This document shows, piece by piece, positions 25,663-35,172 of a stretch of 64,000 nucleotides of DNA. The notes below the pieces were generated by a model. It did no database searches. It had not been told where the DNA came from and was given only the letters and a program-made list of their open reading frames with translations. A program made the translations under genes and the position numbers. How positions within the stretch are numbered: position 1 is the first letter of the stretch; every line of letters begins with the position of its first letter. The DNA is from a virus (Duplodnaviria; Heunggongvirae; Uroviricota; Caudoviricetes). The stretch is from positions 1 through 64,000 of the IMG/VR virus record IMGVR_UViG_3300032092_002720. The stretch is one strand, 5' to 3'.

Positions 25663-28014
25663 ATGGAAGATAAGAATAAGAAACCGGTTGATACGAAGCA
25701 GTTAAAAAAGCCAACCGGCACATCTGTAACTGGCAAACCACTTGATGGTATCGAGATCCGTCCTCAGCTCAAAGGTCTCGGCAATCGCCAGCACAACGAG
25801 GATACCGTAGTCCTAACTGACACTTTAGCTGAGAAGAAAGCACTGACACTCGTTCAGCGCCAACGCAGAGCTCGCATCTTGAGAGCTAAAGAGCCGAAGA
25901 TGCAGAGAGCCAAAGAAGTCTCGAAACATAAGCTTGCCTCAGATGAGAAGCTGAAGGCTCGAGCAATTGTCAAAGCAAGAAACATTGTCAAGATGAGGTT
26001 TGCAGCTCGTAAGGGAACACCTTATACCGAGCTCACTACGTCTGAAAAGATTCAAGTCGATAAGGTAGTCGATAAGAAGGTCAAGCTGATCAGAAGATTA
26101 GCTGCTCGCCTTCTACCTGCCCTTCGTAAAGCAGAGGTAAATCGTCTCGCTTCATTCCAATCGGGAGCAAAGCTACAACATGCGACTGCCGCTCCAGTAA
26201 ACGAAGAATTCAATACAATCGTAGAGAGTCTTGATAATAAGACTTCTATGCAACTCGTTGACATTATCAACGATTCTATCGATGCCCTCAACGAGAATAA
26301 TAACTCGATGGGTATCACGCTGAAGAGACTGCTAAGCGCGGTCCTTCCAGAAGACGTAGCAACGTCAACCCTCATGAAAAAAGCCGAGAAGACCGGCATA
26401 CCGTTCTCGACCCTCAGAGAGGTGTTCGAGCGCGGTTCTTTTGCGTGGGAAGACGACGGTAGAACCACACAAGAACAATTCTCTTTCTCAAGAGTGAATA
26501 GCTATATCGCCAAAGGCAGAGCATGGACACTCGATGCAGATCTTCGCGAAGAGAAAGAAGTCAACGACAAGCTTGATAGTGTCTTCGAGGCCTATCATAC
26601 TGGCTTGAGTGCTTCGACTGCCAAGGCTCGTGAAGCCCATTGGAAGAAGATGGAAAAGTATTCTGATCGAGATCCACGTGCATATCAAGATGCGCCTGGT
26701 GACAAGGCAGCTCGTAAGAAAGATATGCCACAATCTGTACATACAAAGAAATATAAAGCGATGTATGGTGAAGAGATCGAACAGATGGTTAACGAAGCAG
26801 CTGACGGTCTTGCTGCAAAGGCAAAGAAGTCAGGCGTTTCCTTATCCACTCTGAAGAAAGTGTATGCTCGCGGTGTTGCTGCTTGGAACAGCGGTCACCG
26901 CCCAGGAACTACACCTCAGCAGTGGGGTATGGCTCGCGTAAACTCTTACATCACAAAGGGCAAAGGCACTTATCACGGCGCTGATAAGGATCTTCGTGAA
27001 TCTGATATCAATGAAAGCCTATGGGCTAACATTCATGCCAAGCGTAAGAGAATTAAAGCTGGATCTGGCGAACGTATGCGTAAGCCTGGATCGAAGGGCG
27101 CACCGACTGCAGCAGGTTTTAGATCAGCATCTGAAGCAGTCGAAGATCAAGTAGGCAACAAGGTTGCTGATACAGCTAGACACGGTAAAGTGCAATATGT
27201 CGGCGTAAGAACCGCCGCGCACAAAGAAACTGGTACACAAGAGCGTCAAGAAGTTCAGTATATCAAGCGTCATAAGATGCATACAAAAAAAGAAACTGAC
27301 GCTGATCCACAACAGATTCGTATTGCTCAAGACCAGATCAAGAAGAAGGTCATCGACGAGTCGAACAATACGCCATACGTCAAGCCTTTCACAGAAAAGG
27401 GTAGCACTCAGCAGCGCGGTTGGAAAGCTTCGAACAAGCATGGCAAGGTAAAATACTTTGGCATGGACTTCAAGGCTTCTGCTCATAAGCATGCTGGTAT
27501 TTCAGAAGCTGCTGAAAAGCATCCGATTGTAAAAGAATACGACTCATTAAAAAAGCACGATATTAAAACTCTGCATGGACTTATTAAGCAACAAAGCAAA
27601 GTAGTTGATACTTCTGAATTCAAAACAAAAGATCATGCAATATCACACTACCTGCGTAATAAGCATGGCCATAAGAAGGTAGATGCTGCGTTTGGATTGA
27701 AAGAAGATACTCCAGCACAACGCGAAGTCGGTACAAAATCGCTTGTCAAGAAGTATCAGAAAGAAACTCCTGGTCAAGAAAAAGCAGATCTGAACGAGTC
27801 GTTCAACATCGAGTTCGCAGCTGGTATCGGTGTAGGTCTGACTGCTAATGAATGCGGTATCTTCATCAAGCCAGGATTCGAGATGCATCCGAGCGTAGTA
27901 GAAGAAGAGAAAGAAACCAAATCAGACTTTCGTATGGTAAAGGTTCGCACACCAAAGGGATGGGCTTGGAGAAAAGTTCGTCGCGAAGTTGATATCGAGA
28001 GGGACGCAGAATGA
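25663..28014 (+). CDS. Lysine-rich 783-aa protein with internal repeats
   Basis: Two copies of a ~50-aa motif (LSTLxxVxxRGxxAW...QWGxARVNSYIxKG...DLRE) and two copies of NKHGKVxYxG. Very basic N-terminus. Confidence 0.5.
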   Translation: MEDKNKKPVDTKQLKKPTGTSVTGKPLDGIEIRPQLKGLGNRQHNEDTVVLTDTLAEKKALTLVQRQRRARILRAKEPKMQRAKEVSKHKLASDEKLKARAIVKARNIVKMRFAARKGTPYTELTTSEKIQVDKVVDKKVKLIRRLAARLLPALRKAEVNRLASFQSGAKLQHATAAPVNEEFNTIVESLDNKTSMQLVDIINDSIDALNENNNSMGITLKRLLSAVLPEDVATSTLMKKAEKTGIPFSTLREVFERGSFAWEDDGRTTQEQFSFSRVNSYIAKGRAWTLDADLREEKEVNDKLDSVFEAYHTGLSASTAKAREAHWKKMEKYSDRDPRAYQDAPGDKAARKKDMPQSVHTKKYKAMYGEEIEQMVNEAADGLAAKAKKSGVSLSTLKKVYARGVAAWNSGHRPGTTPQQWGMARVNSYITKGKGTYHGADKDLRESDINESLWANIHAKRKRIKAGSGERMRKPGSKGAPTAAGFRSASEAVEDQVGNKVADTARHGKVQYVGVRTAAHKETGTQERQEVQYIKRHKMHTKKETDADPQQIRIAQDQIKKKVIDESNNTPYVKPFTEKGSTQQRGWKASNKHGKVKYFGMDFKASAHKHAGISEAAEKHPIVKEYDSLKKHDIKTLHGLIKQQSKVVDTSEFKTKDHAISHYLRNKHGHKKVDAAFGLKEDTPAQREVGTKSLVKKYQKETPGQEKADLNESFNIEFAAGIGVGLTANECGIFIKPGFEMHPSVVEEEKETKSDFRMVKVRTPKGWAWRKVRREVDIERDAE

Positions 28015-28304
28015 TCGGATTTAAGGAATTCATCACTGAGCGTGGCGAAGATTCGAAAGGCCACTTCATTGCCACCGAGAAGGGTGCAGGTATGACAGCG
28101 AAGGGTGTAAAAGCCTATCGTGCCAAGAATCCTGGATCCAAGCTTCAGACTGCTGTGACTGGAAAAGTAAAACCCGGATCCAAAGATGCAGGTAGACGTA
28201 AGTCTTTCTGTGCTCGTATGAGCGGCGTCAAAGGTCCGATGAAAGATGAAAAAGGTAGACCGACTCGCAAGGCGATGTCGCTTCGTAGATGGAAGTGCAA
28301 TTGA
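28011..28304 (+). CDS. small basic protein
   Basis: ATGA overlap with the upstream gene; K/R-rich. Confidence 0.35.
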   Translation: MIGFKEFITERGEDSKGHFIATEKGAGMTAKGVKAYRAKNPGSKLQTAVTGKVKPGSKDAGRRKSFCARMSGVKGPMKDEKGRPTRKAMSLRRWKCN

Positions 28305-28738
28305 TGGAAGAGATTACAAACCCGCTGAAGGTAGCCTTCGCTGACACTTATGCTTTCTATGTGAAGGCACAGAACTATCACTGGAATGTCGAAGGTCCAT
28401 TCTTTGCGATGTACCACGAGTTCTTTGGTAAGATCTACGAAGAAGTAGGTGGAGCTATCGACACGTTTGCCGAAGAGATTCGTGCACAGAATGCATATGC
28501 TCCTGCAGCATTCGGTCGTTTTAAAGAATTGACAACTATTCAAGACGAAGTTCTTATCATTAAGCCTGAACAGATGGTTGCCAACTTGTTTTCAGACAAT
28601 GCCAAAGTACTGGCTTCTGTACAAGCAGCAAGAGACGTAGCAGATAAGTACAATGAAAACGGTCTCGTTAACTTCCTCGAAGAGAGACTCGATCAGCACA
28701 ACAAACATGCATGGATGCTCAAAGCATCGATGAAATAA
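28289..28738 (+). CDS. Dps / ferritin-like DNA-protection protein
   Basis: YAFYVKAQNYHWNVEGPFFAMYHEFFGKIYEEV and EEIRAQNAY match the Dps ferroxidase-site helices. An alternative start at 28304 overlaps the upstream stop (TGATG). Confidence 0.7.
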   Translation: MEVQLMEEITNPLKVAFADTYAFYVKAQNYHWNVEGPFFAMYHEFFGKIYEEVGGAIDTFAEEIRAQNAYAPAAFGRFKELTTIQDEVLIIKPEQMVANLFSDNAKVLASVQAARDVADKYNENGLVNFLEERLDQHNKHAWMLKASMK

Positions 28739-28774
28739 CATTTCATAAATAGATTTAAATTAACGGAGCAAAAG

Positions 28775-30238
28775 ATGTTAACTAAGAAAATTGCAGATTT
28801 CAGTGCTGATCTTCTCGACACAGTACGCGGAGTACTTGGTGAAGCCAAGAAGTGCCCAGCCGATTGCGAATGCCCAAAGTGCGAAGCAGAAGAAGATGAT
28901 GAAGATGAAGATGAGATGAAGAAAGAAGGCTATATGCCTACTGCTGATGAGCCGACTGAAGCTAACAAGAAGACGGCACAGAAGATTCGCGACATGATGG
29001 CAAAAGAAAAGAAGCCAGTCAAGGAAGATGCAGAACAGATCGATGAGATCTCATCTGATATGGCGCATCGTTACCTAAAAGGAAAGCGTGAAAGAGATTA
29101 TGATATTAGTCCAGACGGCAAATCCAGCAAATTAAAGAAGCCGCAGTCTTTTGACAAGATGAATAAAGATATGAAGAGCACTGTGCGTGCGCTCAAAACA
29201 ATTGAAAAGGCTAAGAAAGCCAATGAAGATGTAGAGCATACCAATTGCGGAACTCCTGATTGTTGCGGTCAGTGCGATACAGCAGCGCCGATCAATGAGA
29301 TCTCGAAGGGAACACTTGGTCGTTACATCAACAAAGCCAAAGATTCTATTGATATGGCTTCTTATAGACAGGGTGCACACCATGGTGATCTCGGTAGTCC
29401 AAGATACAACAGACTCGAAAAGAAGCTATCAAAGCGTCATAAAGGTATTTCAACTGCAGTCAATAAACTGACCAAGGAAGCTTCTGGCGACCAACACATT
29501 GAAGTAACACACGCCGTTACTGGTCAAAAGAAAAAGGTTCCTGTTCATCCTGATAATGCTTTTAAAGCTCTAAACCATTATAAGAGTCTTTCGTCAACGA
29601 AGTCGGCTCGTATTGTTTCAGAAGATGCCGAACAGATCGATGAACTATCGAAGGCAACTATGGGTCGTTACATCAACAAGGCTGCTACAAAAATGGGTAG
29701 TCAAGGTGTTACTGCTGGTCTGAAGATTGCTGCAGACGAAAAGTCAAGCAAGAACTTTAAGGATATGGGCAAGCGCGAAAAGGGTATCAAACTCGCCGTC
29801 AATAAGCTGACTAAGGAAGAGCAAGACTTCATCGACTCTCTGAACAATGACATGTTCGAAGAAGTAGAAATCACTGAAGCACGCGGTCGTCCTAAGAAGG
29901 CTGGTGCCAAGGATTTCACGATCCATCCGAAGACAAAAGAAAAGCTGATGCATAATAATCCTGAGCATATGAAGAAGATCGAAGCTCTTCAGAAGAATAA
30001 AGTTCTTGAGAAGCCAAAGATTGAAGCTGGTCAGCACATCATGAATCAGCTACAAAAAGCTAAAACATCGATGCTAGGTGGCAGCACGATTCACTTTACA
30101 CATGGTGACTCGAAGCATGTTTCTGGTACTCATGCTGCAAAGCTTCTGTCTAAATATGCGGGCATGAAACCGAATGAGAAAGAAGACTTCCAAAAGAAGA
30201 TCGGCCACTCACACGAACAACTAATGAAGCACGTATAA
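28775..30238 (+). CDS. Lysine-rich 487-aa protein with internal repeats
   Basis: Repeats EDAEQIDE(I/L)S...GRYINKA and KxxKGIxxAVNKLTKE occur twice. CxxC...CxxC pair near the N-terminus. Confidence 0.45.
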   Translation: MLTKKIADFSADLLDTVRGVLGEAKKCPADCECPKCEAEEDDEDEDEMKKEGYMPTADEPTEANKKTAQKIRDMMAKEKKPVKEDAEQIDEISSDMAHRYLKGKRERDYDISPDGKSSKLKKPQSFDKMNKDMKSTVRALKTIEKAKKANEDVEHTNCGTPDCCGQCDTAAPINEISKGTLGRYINKAKDSIDMASYRQGAHHGDLGSPRYNRLEKKLSKRHKGISTAVNKLTKEASGDQHIEVTHAVTGQKKKVPVHPDNAFKALNHYKSLSSTKSARIVSEDAEQIDELSKATMGRYINKAATKMGSQGVTAGLKIAADEKSSKNFKDMGKREKGIKLAVNKLTKEEQDFIDSLNNDMFEEVEITEARGRPKKAGAKDFTIHPKTKEKLMHNNPEHMKKIEALQKNKVLEKPKIEAGQHIMNQLQKAKTSMLGGSTIHFTHGDSKHVSGTHAAKLLSKYAGMKPNEKEDFQKKIGHSHEQLMKHV

Positions 30239-30460
30239 GGTGTATCATGGCAATTAATGTCGGAACTTTTATAGTAAAAAATACGGTTGTTGAAAACGAA
30301 AAAGCTGAGCCTTTACCAAAAGTTGCACAGATGGAAGAAGGCACTGTCGTTCATAATGGTAAACCTAAAAAGTTTAATAAAAAAATGTCAGCATACATGA
30401 TTGATATGCTTACATCCGAAGAATGATAAATAAAACAAAGAATCTTTAGGAGAAACTAAG

Positions 30461-31327
30461 ATGGCTCAATGGGGCAATACAGACGATGCTGCAAACTCGG
30501 TCCTATGGGCCACAACTGCAGTGAACAAAACACCTAACACAGTAAACCAAACAGCGCTGTTTGGTAACACCACTGTCGGCGCATTTGTTGCTGGCGAAGC
30601 AGTAGGCCAATTCGGTCTTGATGCTACAGAAATTCGCGTTTCTGGCAATGCAGCAGTTCAGCAATATATTATTACGAATGCTGGTTCAGGTTATGCCGCT
30701 AACGCTGCGGTCACAGTAGCTAACACGACTGGTGGTGCAAATACCCTTGTTGCTAACTCAACTGTAGCAGCAGGTAAAGTAACTACGCTGACAGCAAACG
30801 GCACAGCTATTCGCGGTTACACCGCTGCACCAGCAGTAACAATCGCTGCACCAGCTCTTATTATCTTCAACGGTAATACTGCTGTTACTCCGAACACAAC
30901 AACTGGTGCGTTCATTGCTATCTCGTCAGCAAACTCGTTCTTAGCAGTTGGCGATAAGCTTGTATATGCTGGTAACGCCACATCAACACCAGCAACTCTA
31001 GCTGACAACCGTCCATACTATGTTAGCTTTGCTAATACGTCGGGCATCAAACTTTCAGATGAGCCTAACACAGCAAACATCAACTTTGCAAAGGCAAGCG
31101 GCGATAACACGACTGCTGGCGGTGCTACGCTTCAAGGTGAAACTGCAACAGCTGTAGCTGAACTCACAGAAACAGGTTACACCAAGGGTGCAGCACATAC
31201 TGGTTGGGTTCTTCGTACAGTTGGTACAGGCGGTCGCGCAGGTCGCGTTCAGTATGAAACACTCGTAGCAATGGGTGGAACGTTCTCGACTGATGCATCT
31301 GACGATACAATTCTTCCTGACGCATAA
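30461..31327 (+). CDS. Ala/Thr/Gly-rich fibre-like structural protein (putative)
   Basis: Low-complexity beta-rich composition typical of fibre/decoration proteins. Confidence 0.35.
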   Translation: MAQWGNTDDAANSVLWATTAVNKTPNTVNQTALFGNTTVGAFVAGEAVGQFGLDATEIRVSGNAAVQQYIITNAGSGYAANAAVTVANTTGGANTLVANSTVAAGKVTTLTANGTAIRGYTAAPAVTIAAPALIIFNGNTAVTPNTTTGAFIAISSANSFLAVGDKLVYAGNATSTPATLADNRPYYVSFANTSGIKLSDEPNTANINFAKASGDNTTAGGATLQGETATAVAELTETGYTKGAAHTGWVLRTVGTGGRAGRVQYETLVAMGGTFSTDASDDTILPDA

Positions 31328-31336
31328 GGATAAAAA

Positions 31337-31588
31337 ATGAGTGATCGTGCCAAGAAAATACCTGAACTAAATTCGATTGGCACGGCCAACACGTCGATCG
31401 CTAGCGGAGACCTCTTCATTGTAGAGGATGTCTCCGCTAACACGACCAAGAACGCTACGCTTTCAACCCTTCGTAAAGCTATGTTTCAAGGACCATTCGC
31501 CAACGATTCAGTAGCAAATACTAATGGAGTGGCACTCGGCCAAGCGTATTATACGGCCGATGGGAGCGTAAAAGTAAGAATTGCCTAA
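31337..31588 (+). CDS. hypothetical protein
   Basis: GGATAAAAAATG SD. Confidence 0.3.
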   Translation: MSDRAKKIPELNSIGTANTSIASGDLFIVEDVSANTTKNATLSTLRKAMFQGPFANDSVANTNGVALGQAYYTADGSVKVRIA

Positions 31589-31977
31589 TGATTGAAAAAC
31601 TTGATGATTCCAATTTCTTGATATATGCTGCTAAGTGTTATGATAATCCGCAATGTTTTGAGGATCTTGAATTTTACGAAGACTTAGCCAGATTCAAATA
31701 TATTAAGAGATTGCTTAATCGCTATGAAGAGTCCGGAGAATTAAAAGATAGATTAATCGTCAACCATCTCGTTGTTCTGTACAACGTATTTGGTAACGAA
31801 GCTACAAGATTACTCTTCTTTAAATTGGACGGCTATCACCATATGTTGAAGCCGTTCATTATTTTATTAGGAAGACTTCCTGAGAAGATACCGAATATAG
31901 GCATAGATAATAAAACTATTCTAACCAATGATATTGTTGCAGACGAAGTCATAGCACAAAAACTAAGGAAGATTTAA
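31588..31977 (+). CDS. hypothetical protein
   Basis: TAATG overlap. Confidence 0.3.
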   Translation: MIEKLDDSNFLIYAAKCYDNPQCFEDLEFYEDLARFKYIKRLLNRYEESGELKDRLIVNHLVVLYNVFGNEATRLLFFKLDGYHHMLKPFIILLGRLPEKIPNIGIDNKTILTNDIVADEVIAQKLRKI

Positions 31978-32447
31978 TGGCCAATAAAGAGAAGCAAGAA
32001 TACGACTACGAAGGCGACATGGCCATGTCGCAACTGAAGTCTATCATTGCCAATGCTCAGCGCATGCATGATATGCTGAAGGTAGATACGAATCTTCCTG
32101 AATGGGTTCAGTCGAAGATCACGCTGGCCGAAGACTATATCTCGACGGCTTCGAACTATCTCCAAGGCGAGATGAGCGAAGAAGTAAACATAGACAAGTA
32201 TGCTGATTCGTTGATAAAGCGCGACAAACAAAATCTTAGCAAAAGCCACGTAGTTCATGCAGCTCGCGTGGCAGGCGTAGATCATAAGAAACTTATGGCT
32301 GCTGTTAATCAAAAAGTAGGTCGCATTAAAGAAGAAGCAGCAGTGAATTCTGTTGGTTCTGGGCAAGTTGCAGGCTTACAAGGTGAACCGCCTGTAAGAA
32401 AGAAAAAGAAAAACGTTATGACTTTCAATAGGTTTATGAAGAAGTAA
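31977..32447 (+). CDS. hypothetical protein
   Basis: Coupled ORF. Confidence 0.3.
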   Translation: MANKEKQEYDYEGDMAMSQLKSIIANAQRMHDMLKVDTNLPEWVQSKITLAEDYISTASNYLQGEMSEEVNIDKYADSLIKRDKQNLSKSHVVHAARVAGVDHKKLMAAVNQKVGRIKEEAAVNSVGSGQVAGLQGEPPVRKKKKNVMTFNRFMKK

Positions 32448-32448
32448 T

Positions 32449-32961
32449 ATGTTTGGAATGATCCCACTGCCATACAAACTGCTTGCCATCGGCGCGGCTT
32501 TGGTTGGCGTGTTCGTCTTTGGTTATATGAAAGGATCTGCTTATGCTGAAGCTGAATTGGCTCGTTACTCTGCACAAAAGAGTGAGCAAATCGCGGAATT
32601 GGAGAGGAAGAATTCTGCAATTTCTACTGAGGTAGTTACCGAGTATGTTGATAGAACAAACACAATTAGAGAGAAAGAATATGTATACCTTGACTCCGCT
32701 AAAAACACTGTTCCTAGTCAGCACGTTATGTCTAACGGCTGGGTGTACACGCACGACCTTAGTGCCACATCCGGTAATGCCGACTCCACCAGAGCTTCTG
32801 ATGCGAGCCCCTCAGGAATTGCAGACACTACAGCCCTCGTCGGAATCATCACAAACTACTCAAGATGCCAGCAAAACGCCGAGCAACTCAGACAACTCCA
32901 GCAATGGATAATTCAGAATAAAGAAGCTGTTGATGCCATGGCAAAAGAGAAAAAGAAATGA
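32449..32961 (+). CDS. i-spanin (Rz-like)
   Basis: N-terminal TM segment LLAIGAALVGVFVFGY followed by a coiled-coil periplasmic domain. Contains an embedded lipoprotein gene in the +1 frame. Confidence 0.6.
   Translation: MFGMIPLPYKLLAIGAALVGVFVFGYMKGSAYAEAELARYSAQKSEQIAELERKNSAISTEVVTEYVDRTNTIREKEYVYLDSAKNTVPSQHVMSNGWVYTHDLSATSGNADSTRASDASPSGIADTTALVGIITNYSRCQQNAEQLRQLQQWIIQNKEAVDAMAKEKKK
32681..32911 (+). CDS. o-spanin (Rz1-like), embedded in the +1 frame of the i-spanin gene
   Basis: Lipobox LTAGC after a signal peptide; Pro-rich mature region; entirely within 32449-32961 in a different frame. Confidence 0.6.
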   Translation: MYTLTPLKTLFLVSTLCLTAGCTRTTLVPHPVMPTPPELLMRAPQELQTLQPSSESSQTTQDASKTPSNSDNSSNG

Positions 32962-33173
32962 AGAAGTTTAAAGACGTACCAGAAGAAGACAACTCAAACG
33001 AAAGTTTGATTACCATCATTGCCAACTCTCTCAATAGAGCGAGTAGCGGCAATAAAGATGATACGCGCGGTCTGTTACTTTTGATCGCCGCTCTGGGACT
33101 TCTTAATCTTTCGAAAGAAGGGCTTCCTGCAAGTGTTGCAAGAAAGCTCGCATCAACATCAAATAGAAAATAA
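32958..33173 (+). CDS. hypothetical protein
   Basis: ATGA-coupled. Confidence 0.25.
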   Translation: MKKFKDVPEEDNSNESLITIIANSLNRASSGNKDDTRGLLLLIAALGLLNLSKEGLPASVARKLASTSNRK

Positions 33174-33185
33174 GCGGAGATTCAC

Positions 33186-33368
33186 ATGTGGGAAAAAATT
33201 AAAAAGTGGTTTGGTTTTCTCGATCTAAATAAAGATGGCAAAGTATCGGCCGAAGATCTTGAACTTGCTCGTGCACTTGCCGACAAGAAAGCCAAAGAAG
33301 CAAATGAAACTATTAATGCGGTTGTAGAAGCTGCTGATAAAATTAAGAAGGTTAGAAGAAAGAAATGA
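33186..33368 (+). CDS. EF-hand-like micro-protein
   Basis: DLNKDGKVSAED fits the 12-residue EF-hand loop (D-x-N-x-D-G-x-V-S-x-x-D). Confidence 0.4.
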   Translation: MWEKIKKWFGFLDLNKDGKVSAEDLELARALADKKAKEANETINAVVEAADKIKKVRRKK

Positions 33369-33814
33369 GTCTGATGTCGTTTTTCTCATCACCGCCAATT
33401 ACTAGCTTCGAGCAGCTCGAGCTTGAAAAGGGCAAGATCCAGCTGACTATCATGAAGATGGCTGCTGCAGTTCTCGGATCGATCATGATGGCAGTGGTTG
33501 CCATTTTCCTTGTCGGTTTGTTTATGCCAAATCATGTTATCGATAACAACGAGATCTTTAAGATCATTGGTCCAGCATTCTCTACGATCGTCGGTGCCTT
33601 TGTTGGTGCATTTGCTACCATGATGGGCATGAAAGTAACTGAACTTGATACGAACGTCAAGACACAGGAACTTGGTAAGACAGATCATAAGGAACTGGCT
33701 GAAGCTCATAAGATTAATGCTGAAGCTGAAACGATTGAAACCGAAAATGAAATCAAGATGATGGCTGCAATCGATAAATACAAAGATAGCGACGAGGATT
33801 ACGGTCCTTTCTAA
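33365..33814 (+). CDS. membrane protein
   Basis: Two hydrophobic helices, then an acidic tail. Confidence 0.35.
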   Translation: MSLMSFFSSPPITSFEQLELEKGKIQLTIMKMAAAVLGSIMMAVVAIFLVGLFMPNHVIDNNEIFKIIGPAFSTIVGAFVGAFATMMGMKVTELDTNVKTQELGKTDHKELAEAHKINAEAETIETENEIKMMAAIDKYKDSDEDYGPF

Positions 33815-33845
33815 ATTATGATTTCGTTCACTCACGGAGTCTAAT

Positions 33846-34085
33846 ATGTTTAAGAAACTAAAGGATCTCATTTTCCAGACATTCACTGGAAAAGATAATA
33901 AGACGCTTGATCTTGGTAGAATTCTATGGGCCAAAGGCGTAATGCTTTTCTTTGGTCTATCAATCTACGACATCTATCGCGGTGCAGAATTTGATGCATC
34001 GACATGGGGCGTCGGTCTTGGTGCCGTTCTTGCGGCAGGCGGTGCAGCTCTTGCACTGAAAGCTGGAACGGAACCTACTGAGTAA
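33846..34085 (+). CDS. small two-TM membrane protein (holin-like candidate)
   Basis: Two TM helices (MLFFGLSIYDIY; LGAVLAAGGAALAL). Size and topology are holin-like. Confidence 0.3.
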   Translation: MFKKLKDLIFQTFTGKDNKTLDLGRILWAKGVMLFFGLSIYDIYRGAEFDASTWGVGLGAVLAAGGAALALKAGTEPTE

Positions 34086-34567
34086 TGGCAACACCATCGG
34101 TCAACAAGTTAGCTGAAGATGTGTCGTATCTGAATAGAGATATGGCAGTCGTCAACACGCTTGTTGGCCGTTTGGATATGACTATCGACAAACTTACTGA
34201 TATTTCAAGTAACGTATCGAATCTTCTTGCTGTTCACGAAACTAAGTTGACTTCCCAGGAAATCATAAGTAAACAACTATCAGATCTAGTGGAAGCGCGC
34301 AGAGTGGAAACAGACGACAAGGTCCAGCTACTACACGAACGTATCTCTTCTGGAGAGCGCGAGCTAAAAACCAGTATTGATCAACAATACGACGAGCTCA
34401 TGAAAGAAATTAAAGAGATGAGAGCTGAGTCAGCTACTCAGCATACCACTCTAAGCGATAGAATTACTGCCATGGAAAAATGGATGTGGACAGTCATCGG
34501 TGGAGCTGCTATCGTAGGTGGTATTATTACATTGGTGCCATGGAGTACAATATTCGGGATTGGATAA
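34085..34567 (+). CDS. coiled-coil protein with C-terminal TM anchor
   Basis: TAATG overlap; C-terminal WTVIGGAAIVGGIITLVPW. Confidence 0.35.
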   Translation: MATPSVNKLAEDVSYLNRDMAVVNTLVGRLDMTIDKLTDISSNVSNLLAVHETKLTSQEIISKQLSDLVEARRVETDDKVQLLHERISSGERELKTSIDQQYDELMKEIKEMRAESATQHTTLSDRITAMEKWMWTVIGGAAIVGGIITLVPWSTIFGIG

Positions 34568-34570
34568 ATT

Positions 34571-35113
34571 ATGAGGCGCGTGATTGACAACTTCTTACCG
34601 AGAAGTTATTTTAATGAAATAAAACATATGATCGAACAGCCAGCATTTCGCTGGAACTTCTCATCGATACTTCCTGAAGGATACGACGGTCAAACTGAAA
34701 AAGACTGGTACTTCGTGAAGAAAATATACTCAGAGCACGAACACATCGAAGATGCGCTAGGATACTGGCAAACTATCAGACCGATGTTCTATTTCTTTGA
34801 AGAGAAACTTAACTTCATTACAGAACACATCATCAGCGTTAACGTCAATAGCATGATGAATCAAGGCCGTAAGCGTGCGCACGGCTGGCATAACGATTGC
34901 CCATATCCGCATTACGTTGCTCTTTTCTATATCAATACTTGTAATACAGCACCTACATTATTTGAGGATGGTGCAGAAGTCGATCACATCGAGAATCGAT
35001 TACTGTTCTTTGAAGGCGGAGATCATATCGATAATCGGCATAGTACTAATCTTCCATTAGATGTCGAAAGAAGAATAGCGATTAATTTTAATATTAAAGG
35101 CTCTTTATTCTAA
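34571..35113 (+). CDS. 2OG-Fe(II) oxygenase-like (putative)
   Basis: WHNDCPYPH (HxD) with a distal GGDHIDNRH and RRIAINF (RxS-like). Confidence 0.3.
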   Translation: MRRVIDNFLPRSYFNEIKHMIEQPAFRWNFSSILPEGYDGQTEKDWYFVKKIYSEHEHIEDALGYWQTIRPMFYFFEEKLNFITEHIISVNVNSMMNQGRKRAHGWHNDCPYPHYVALFYINTCNTAPTLFEDGAEVDHIENRLLFFEGGDHIDNRHSTNLPLDVERRIAINFNIKGSLF

Positions 35114-35150
35114 AATAAACATGTACAATAATCACAATCTGTGTATAATG
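35111..35150 (+). promoter_or_regulatory. Phage promoter motif copy
   Basis: AAATAAACATGTACA (35120-27), N16, TATAAT at 35144-49; upstream of the primase. Confidence 0.55.
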
Positions 35151-35172
35151 AAGTTAACAGATTGGAGTTATA

